Shown one piece after another: positions 56,703 through 64,000 of a stretch of 64,000 bases of DNA. Location: contig OZ024743.1 in assembly GCA_964016885.1 (NCBI GenBank), positions 68,448,001-68,512,000 of the forward strand, read 5' to 3'. The notes under the pieces were generated by a model, which saw only the letters and a list, made by a program, of their open reading frames with translations, searched no databases and was not told the DNA's origin. The position numbers were made by a program, and so were the translations under genes. The DNA comes from Eledone cirrhosa (taxonomy: Eukaryota). Within the stretch, counting starts at the first letter, position 1; every line of letters starts with the position of its first letter.

Positions 56703-58385
56703 CTCTCTCTATCCCCCCCCCTATCTCTCTCTCTCTATCCCTCTCTCTCTCTCTTTATCCCCGCCCCCTCTCTCTCTCTCTCTCTCTCAGTCTTTTTGTA
56801 CTTTATTCACACTCGTCATATCCATATTTCTCATATATTTCTTTGACGCCATTTTGTGCACACAAACCGGAAATGATTTTCACAGAAAGCATTTTAGCTG
56901 GTGATTTTCTCTCTGTGACTCACTCTTTCTCTCACTCAATTTATCTCCCTTGTTTTACAACATCTCTTTTACTCACTCTCTATTTATCTATCCCACTCTC
57001 TCTCGCTCTCTTTCTCTCTGTCTCTCCCTCTGTCTCTCCCTCTCTCTCTTTCTATCTGAGCTAAGCAAAAGCCGAATCAATAAAGAAAGCATCACCAATT
57101 CCATGAATGGCTAAACGTCTGTAGACTGCTTGTCATTCACATTCACCAGGCTTCTACTTAGAAATAACAAAGCTAATAAAACCAAAAATAAAAAAATAAA
57201 AAAAATAATAATAATAATAATAATATTATTACTAATAATAATAGTGAAAATAACTCAACAAAAGATGAAACAGAATGAAACATAAAACATCCATATTAAA
57301 TCGAACACAAAAATAAAACACCTATGAAATACCAAAAAGTGCCATAAATGAAAACATATGAAAATAAAGAGGCAAAAATTGAAAATGAAAAGAAATATAC
57401 AAACAGCGAAGTTTTATATAGAAATGTGTTGAAGCGAAAAAAATTGGCAATTGTAGTGGGCAAGACTTATGCAAACGGTAAAAGGATATTGCTACAGACG
57501 GTTAACGCGGTTTCATATCCGACTGATGGCTGTACACATATTCCACGATAAATAACGCTTAACGCTTCATGCCCAAATTTAAAAATACATATATTTATAT
57601 AGCAGCGGTTGTGTGTTGGTTGGCTACCATATTTCCTGTTGGATTTTTTTTTATTTCGTCTTCATTTGTTCTTTCAAGAAGAGAATCAAGTAAATATGTG
57701 AATGTTTCGTTGGCATCTTTTTTGACAGTATTTTAAAACATCGCCTACATCAAACATCAAATTTATTGTAACAAAATTTAATTTATTTCGAACATATCTA
57801 TAGACGATTTCATTTCTGTGTCACTTTCGCTTTATCGATATAGAATAATAGATTGCTAGATAATCAGTTTATAGATTCATGACTTTCGTTTTACTTTAAT
57901 CAGAAAAGTGTAAATAATTTTCTGAAAGAAAAACAAATTTTAAAACGAAATATTAGACGCAATTTATACATATGCATATATATAGGGAACCGTGATTTCT
58001 GATGGAGTCGTGGGAGTGATGTAGTGGTATACAGCTTTGTAAACGTGACAGAGCCCATCATCTCCCTATATCTGAACACAGCAGATTTTTTTGCGAGAAT
58101 AAGAGAGGAGAAATCAGAAATAGATATTAGAGGAGGATTCGAGCCCAGTACTGGGTTGATAATATATTTTATCAACACTAAACGGATAAAAAGCAAAATT
58201 GAACTCGATGGGATTTGAAATGAGAATTGGCAGAGAGCCGGAGGTAAAAGTGCAATGTTTTCTATTCGATGTTCTTACGACTTCACCAATTTACCAATTT
58301 GCCACCTATTAATAATATATAGAGCATCACAAATTGACAGTTTCGTATTGAAATTTATAAAATTACTGAAATTCCGTTGAAATAC

Positions 58386-58895
58386 TTCACCATATTGGTT
58401 CACCGTATTGGTTCACCATATTGGTTCACCATATTGGTTCACCATATTGGTTCACCGTATTGGTTCACCGTATTGGTTCACCGTATTGGTTCACCGTATT
58501 GGTTCACCATATGGGTTCACCGTATTGGTTCACAATATGGGTTCACCGCATTGGTTCACTGTATTGGTTCACCGTATTGGTTCATCGTATTGGTTCACCG
58601 TATTAGTTCACCGTATTGGTTCTCCATATTGGTTCACCATATTGCTTCACCATATTGGTTCACCGTATTGGTTCACCATATTGGTTCACCGTATTGGTTC
58701 ACCGTATTGGTTCACCATATGGGTTCACCGTATTGGTTCACAATATGGGTTCACCGTATTGGTTCACTGTATTGGTTCACCGTATTGGTTCATCGTATTG
58801 GTTCACCGTATTAGTTCACCGTATTGGTTCTCCATATTGGTTCACCCTATTGGTTCACCGTATTGGTTCACCGTATTGGTTCACCGTATTGGTTC
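58386..58895. repeat. 13-bp minisatellite (ccgtattggttca), about 39 units
   Basis: Directly visible. The variant pattern repeats with a 208-bp period. Confidence 0.95.
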
Positions 58896-59752
58896 CGGCT
58901 ATTAACGTTCAGAGTTCCCTTTGAAGTTACCATTATCTTCCATCTTTTCGAGAACGATAAAATACAGTAACAGTCAAGTATTAAGTCTGAAAGCATCCAC
59001 AATTGCTGGTCTTGTGCCAAAATGAGTCATAATTTAATTTTAGCCGTTCAAGGGCCATTGTCGTCAAAGGTATTGTCTATTACAATCCTCATTAATATAT
59101 ATTTATAGAGACTGAGTGGATGAAAGAATGGCAGAGACGACCTGTTTATGCGTTCTTAAGGCGTCCTGAGAGAAGACCCTCTTTATATTAAAATAAAGTT
59201 ATTTGTCCAATTCACTCTGACTGAACTAAGACAGTGTAGTCACGGAAAGAAAACGTTCCCAGTGGATTTTACACGTCATGATCAGTGTTTTAGCGTTCAG
59301 ATATTTCTTTTACATTCAGCAATTTCATTTGATAACAGCTACATACAAGTCAGATATATAATATCATATAATGCTACAGTAGATTCGTTTTTTTTTTACT
59401 ATTTAATCTAGAATGTTCTTTGTGTTTTCTGTGCAATCGATGTTATCTTACGACATTATAACAATGCTAAAGCTAAAACATCGCATTCTTCCAACAATAG
59501 CGGTATGGTATTACTAGAGTAGATACAACACGGCCTGGCTACTAGAAAGATAGATCGTATAGATATACATCAAAGATATCGCATGCTTTTCTATTAGCTA
59601 TGTCAAAGCGGACAGAGAGTGCCTGTAACGAGAGACTTCTTAATTGGAAACCCAGCAAAATCAAATTTATTGAAATTGCTTATTTCTTATACTGCTTTGT
59701 TCTTTTATTTCATTCACTCTGTTATTCAGTTCTTCCATTATTGTGTGCTCTT

Positions 59753-59885
<133 letters not shown>

Positions 59886-60244
59886 TACATACACACACGC
59901 ACACACATATATATATATATATAGCGATAGTTATATATTCATATATGCGTGTGTCCACTCTGATGTATTCCTGGTTCTCTATATTTTTCTCTCTCTCTCT
60001 CTCTCTGCAATATATTTATATATATATATATATTTCGTTTCTGAATTTGTTTAGCAAAATTCTTTATCTGAAAACGTGTGTTGAAACCGATATTGTTATG
60101 CTTTGGGAGGGTCATGTTTCCAATAAGAAACACACGCAACATTGCTTTCACTTCAATTTATTATAAATTAAATTTATAAATTTAGGAATTTATAAATTTC
60201 CGGTTGGTTGGTTGGTTCCACAACTAGACAATTGTTCATATATT

Positions 60245-60287
60245 GTCAAAGTTCTTTCGTCACACATTCTGTGACCTCTTCAGTGAC
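60245..60287 (-). ncRNA. Minimal type I hammerhead ribozyme (family I)
   Basis: Reverse complement: gtca CTGAAGA g gtcaca gaatg tgtgac GAAA gaac TT tgac. Stem III is weak. Confidence 0.65.
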
Positions 60288-60997
60288 TGGGGATTATTTT
60301 CTTTGTTTTTGTGCCTCTCCTTTGTTCTGTCTTACGCCATCTTGTTTATATATATATATATATATATATAATATTGAATTTCATTAGCAAATCTAAATCT
60401 AAATACCATACTCACATCCTAGACGAAATATGACAGGAAAAGGGAGAAACCCTCTTTCGAGTATCGAACCTTGTAACTAATGCGTCAACCGCATAATCCA
60501 TCGGTCTGAAATAACCAGACAGTCTTTCATTTCAAACTTAACAGAATTAAATATCTAACTGGATAAACTACGATTGTTATCCCATTATATCGCATGATAT
60601 CTGTTGCTCAGGTAGCTGATAGTTATCTGCTAATTGAAGTATCACCGTTTCGTTGTTAAACACAGCACATAGGACGAACCCAATTTAATTGTAACTTCAT
60701 AAAGATGTTTCATGAGAAATCGCAATTTAAATATAAAACATATATGACTGATAAGTATCAGAATGAAGTGCGGATGCGGTATAATTTAATAAACGGTAGA
60801 GTATAACAGATGACACAACATAAAGTAATGCTTTTACCAGCATATTTCAATATAGTATTTTACCATTATTACCCTCTTTGGAGACATAAAACGAAAGCGG
60901 TTCAAAACAAAATAAATGAACACCTCGATCATTCGTTCGATTTCTTTGCAACCGTTTTAGTTTTTACATTTTAAAATAGGGTGTAGCTCCGTAATAT

Positions 60998-61960
60998 TAC
61001 GGGAGGCATCGAAAACATTCACATTCTAACGAAGGTACACTCAGGGAATATAAGCAACTGAGGTTTATTTTTCAACATATTACCCCATTTGGTCCAGACA
61101 CTCCTTCCATCGGTGTTCCAATTCTTGGAAGCTATTGGCGAAGAAACTTTTATCCTGTCGCTCAAAAAAGTCATCGAAAGCAATCGTGATATCTCCACCA
61201 CTGCGATATTGGTTCTCGGCAAAGTGTTCTTTGATGTTGCGGAACAGAGGATAGTCTGATGAGGCGAAATCAGAATAGATATGGAGCATTGTCCTGATGA
61301 ATCAAAATTACTTTGGTCGTTTGGCCTTGGCGTTTGGTCTTGATAGCCTTTTTTACCTGTCTCAACAAATTGAAATAATACTCTCCATTGATGGTGTTGC
61401 ATCTATGAAAGTAGTCAATAAACATAATCCTTTTTAAATCCTCAAAAAACTGAGTTTATCACCATTCCTGTAGAGAGACCGACCTTGGGCTCCTTTGAAG
61501 AAGGATAGGAGGGGGTGATTCCGCTGTAGGTATGATTTCTTTTTCTCTGGCACAGAGCGATGAACACAATACTCATCCCGCGTTAGGGCATTTTCAAGAA
61601 AACCAGATTTCCCCGTGGTGTGATGAGATTGGTACACTTTTGATCAGGGGCTAGAAGACGTGGCCCCCGTTGTGGAGAAATCTTCGTCATGCCAAATTCA
61701 TTGTGCAGATCTCAATTCTTTTACGGGATATGTTAATAGAATTGCCTATTTGATTTATACCCAATTGCCTGTGCCTCATAACTAACTGGTGAACAGCATC
61801 AATGTTTTCCACGGTTGCGGCAGTTGCCGGACGTCCAGATATTGGGTCATCTTCAAGACCACATGCCCGCCTAAATTCAGCTGCATACTTTGATAAAGCT
61901 GGAACGGCATCTCGTAATGTAGCAACCACGTCGGCGTGAATGTTCATGTCGAATTGAGTA
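60998..61960 (-). pseudogene. Decayed mariner transposase (DD34D type)
   Basis: LEDDPISGRPATA, TRDEYCVH (TGDE-W-H motif), YSDFASSDYPLFRNIKE (YSPDLAPSDY-LF motif), HRWKECLD. Multiple frameshifts. Confidence 0.88.
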
Positions 61961-63454
61961 ACTCTTGCTTACCAGACAAATGAATATACCACTACTATAA
62001 CATAACTCTTAATTTTCAAACTTCGCACATTAAATCGTCAATCTAGACAAACTGCAATATCTTACCTTCAAACATTTCGCGTAAATGTCCCTGTTGAGGA
62101 ATGGATGAGTTAAAGGTCAGAGAGTGGATCAAACCAATCACACAAACACAGACACACATACACACAAACACGCAAGGGCACGCTACTCCCCACCCCCCAC
62201 ACACACACATGGCACCAAGATCATTTAATTAAACTGATCATCTTCCCATGAACTACTGCTTACTATAAGAGAAGCAGCATTATTTATCGGGGCTATCTCT
62301 CTTGGTACGACCTGTTCTGCTACAAGAGAGATATCAGAGGCACCTCGTATAGGATGTGACTTTCTATGACAAGTCGGTGTTCGAACTTAGAGAGGCTCGG
62401 GGATCAGATTGAACGAGCATATAATGCCTGTAATTAGTTCGCTGAATGGTATGTTGAAGAGACACATATATATATGTTCATTCTTCACGCGAATTAGTGT
62501 AAGTAATGAATATATATATATATGACATATATATGGAATCATGGACAATGTCACTAGATATGTCTGACGGCATTATGTTTATCAATGAATATAATTTAAA
62601 TATGTTATTCTGGCTCTGTGTATTGAATTTCCGTTAAACATGTTTCCTTCCTACCAAATGCTTAAACATATGAATCGTTTTCCACGAATCATTTCACCTA
62701 CGTTATCCTTCTTTTTTGGCTTTCTTTCTATCTTTGAAATCTTGATTATGTAATAACATAATGGGTATAAGTGACACAGCAAATTAAGTTTTCCTGGGGA
62801 GATTTATGAGAAATGTTTATATCATATAAATAGTTAATTAGAGGATTATATTATTACTATACCTCTCATTATCGAAGTGATTTTAGAAATAAATGGTTCT
62901 AACTGAGTTACGACATTGGTTATTCCTTCTGAATTTAGTGCATACACACACACCCGCACGCACACACACGCACATACACACACACACACACATATATAAT
63001 TGAATATAAAAGAGAAATAAACACTGATATATAGACATAAGTGTTCAAATCGTAGGTGACCTGTTAGTATTTTTTTCACCCTAGCGAACCTCGTCCTTTA
63101 CGATTTGAACATATATGTCTATATATCTGTGTTTATCTCTCTTTTATATTCAATTATAATATAGGGCTCGGAAAATCTCATTCCTTGAGTTATTTAATCG
63201 TAAGAGACTATTTTGCGTTTCTAACTCAATATATACCTTCGATATATATATAATATATATATGTGTATGTATATATATATATATAAATATATATATATAT
63301 CACCTTGATCACCTTGACCGACCAGTCTGTCGGGCGCCATTCAGCGCCGCTGGTTACATCACGTGCTGTCTTAGCCATACGATGACGGCAGCCCTCTGGC
63401 TGGGCGGGCAGGCCGATATATATATCTATATCTATATATATATATATATATATA

Positions 63455-63495
<41 letters not shown>

Positions 63496-63792
63496 TCTCA
63501 CCCCTCTTTCTTCCCCTCCCTTTCTCCCTGTCACTTTATTTCAACCCTCGTCTGACCGTTGAGCAGTTCTCTTCTCACTTACAACTGCGGCTATCAGACG
63601 TGTGTCTTCTTTCTCTCGATTATTCAGTCTCGCACTTAAGTTATTTTATCGAGTGGTGTTGCCTTTCCTACCTATAGTTGCTCGCACATTGCTAGGTTTG
63701 TGTTGTTTTTTTCGCTGTTTTGTTATTGTTTCTCTTTTCTTCCCCTTTCCTTTCCTTTCCCCCTTCCTTCGTTTTCCCAATAACATATCCAG

Positions 63793-63869
<77 letters not shown>

Positions 63870-64000
63870 GCAATAAAGAGTCAGTGTTGCACCATATACA
63901 TATCGAATTGCATTTTAAATGTCGATCAACTGTTATTCCAGAACCAGGTTTGATCACTAATCAATCGTTCATCGAGCTGATCGACTATGAAATTTATGTA

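Noticed and set aside
58386-58895. CRISPR-like array or repeat protein
   Set aside because: Contiguous 13-bp units with no unique spacers, in a eukaryotic context.
61252-61280. CTGATGA ggc GAAA hammerhead-like hit
   Set aside because: No room for stem II. It is the antisense of the mariner SDFASSDY motif.
63921-64000. Hairpin followed by GAAA tttatg TA at the window edge
   Set aside because: No upstream CUGANGA, and truncated by the window end.

Overview
AT-rich eukaryotic DNA with no recognisable host exon. The SINE families and dense (TA)n, (CA)n and trinucleotide microsatellites suggest an invertebrate, plausibly an octopus or other cephalopod (inference). Recognisable content: two decayed Tx1/L1-type LINEs plus a third 3' fragment; a Penelope-like element (PLE) with a GIY-YIG endonuclease, folded into a ~3.5 kb inverted repeat; a decayed RepHel Helitron joined head-to-tail to a non-autonomous copy; a mariner pseudogene; about 20 SINE copies; a 609-bp tandem array; and several minisatellites. 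Most long ORFs in the track are microsatellite artefacts. The main signal lies outside the ORFs. Reading both strands by eye gives 12 type-I hammerhead ribozyme (HHR) motifs with intact core boxes (CUGANGA...GAAA...UH and a pairing stem I) and about 6 more with mutated cores, in roughly 10 sequence families. Many sit in short non-coding head-to-head fold-back palindromes embedded in or next to (TA)n tracts. This looks like a family-rich system of non-autonomous, ribozyme-bearing hairpin retroelements mobilised by PLEs. All folds were read manually and none is computed or tested.
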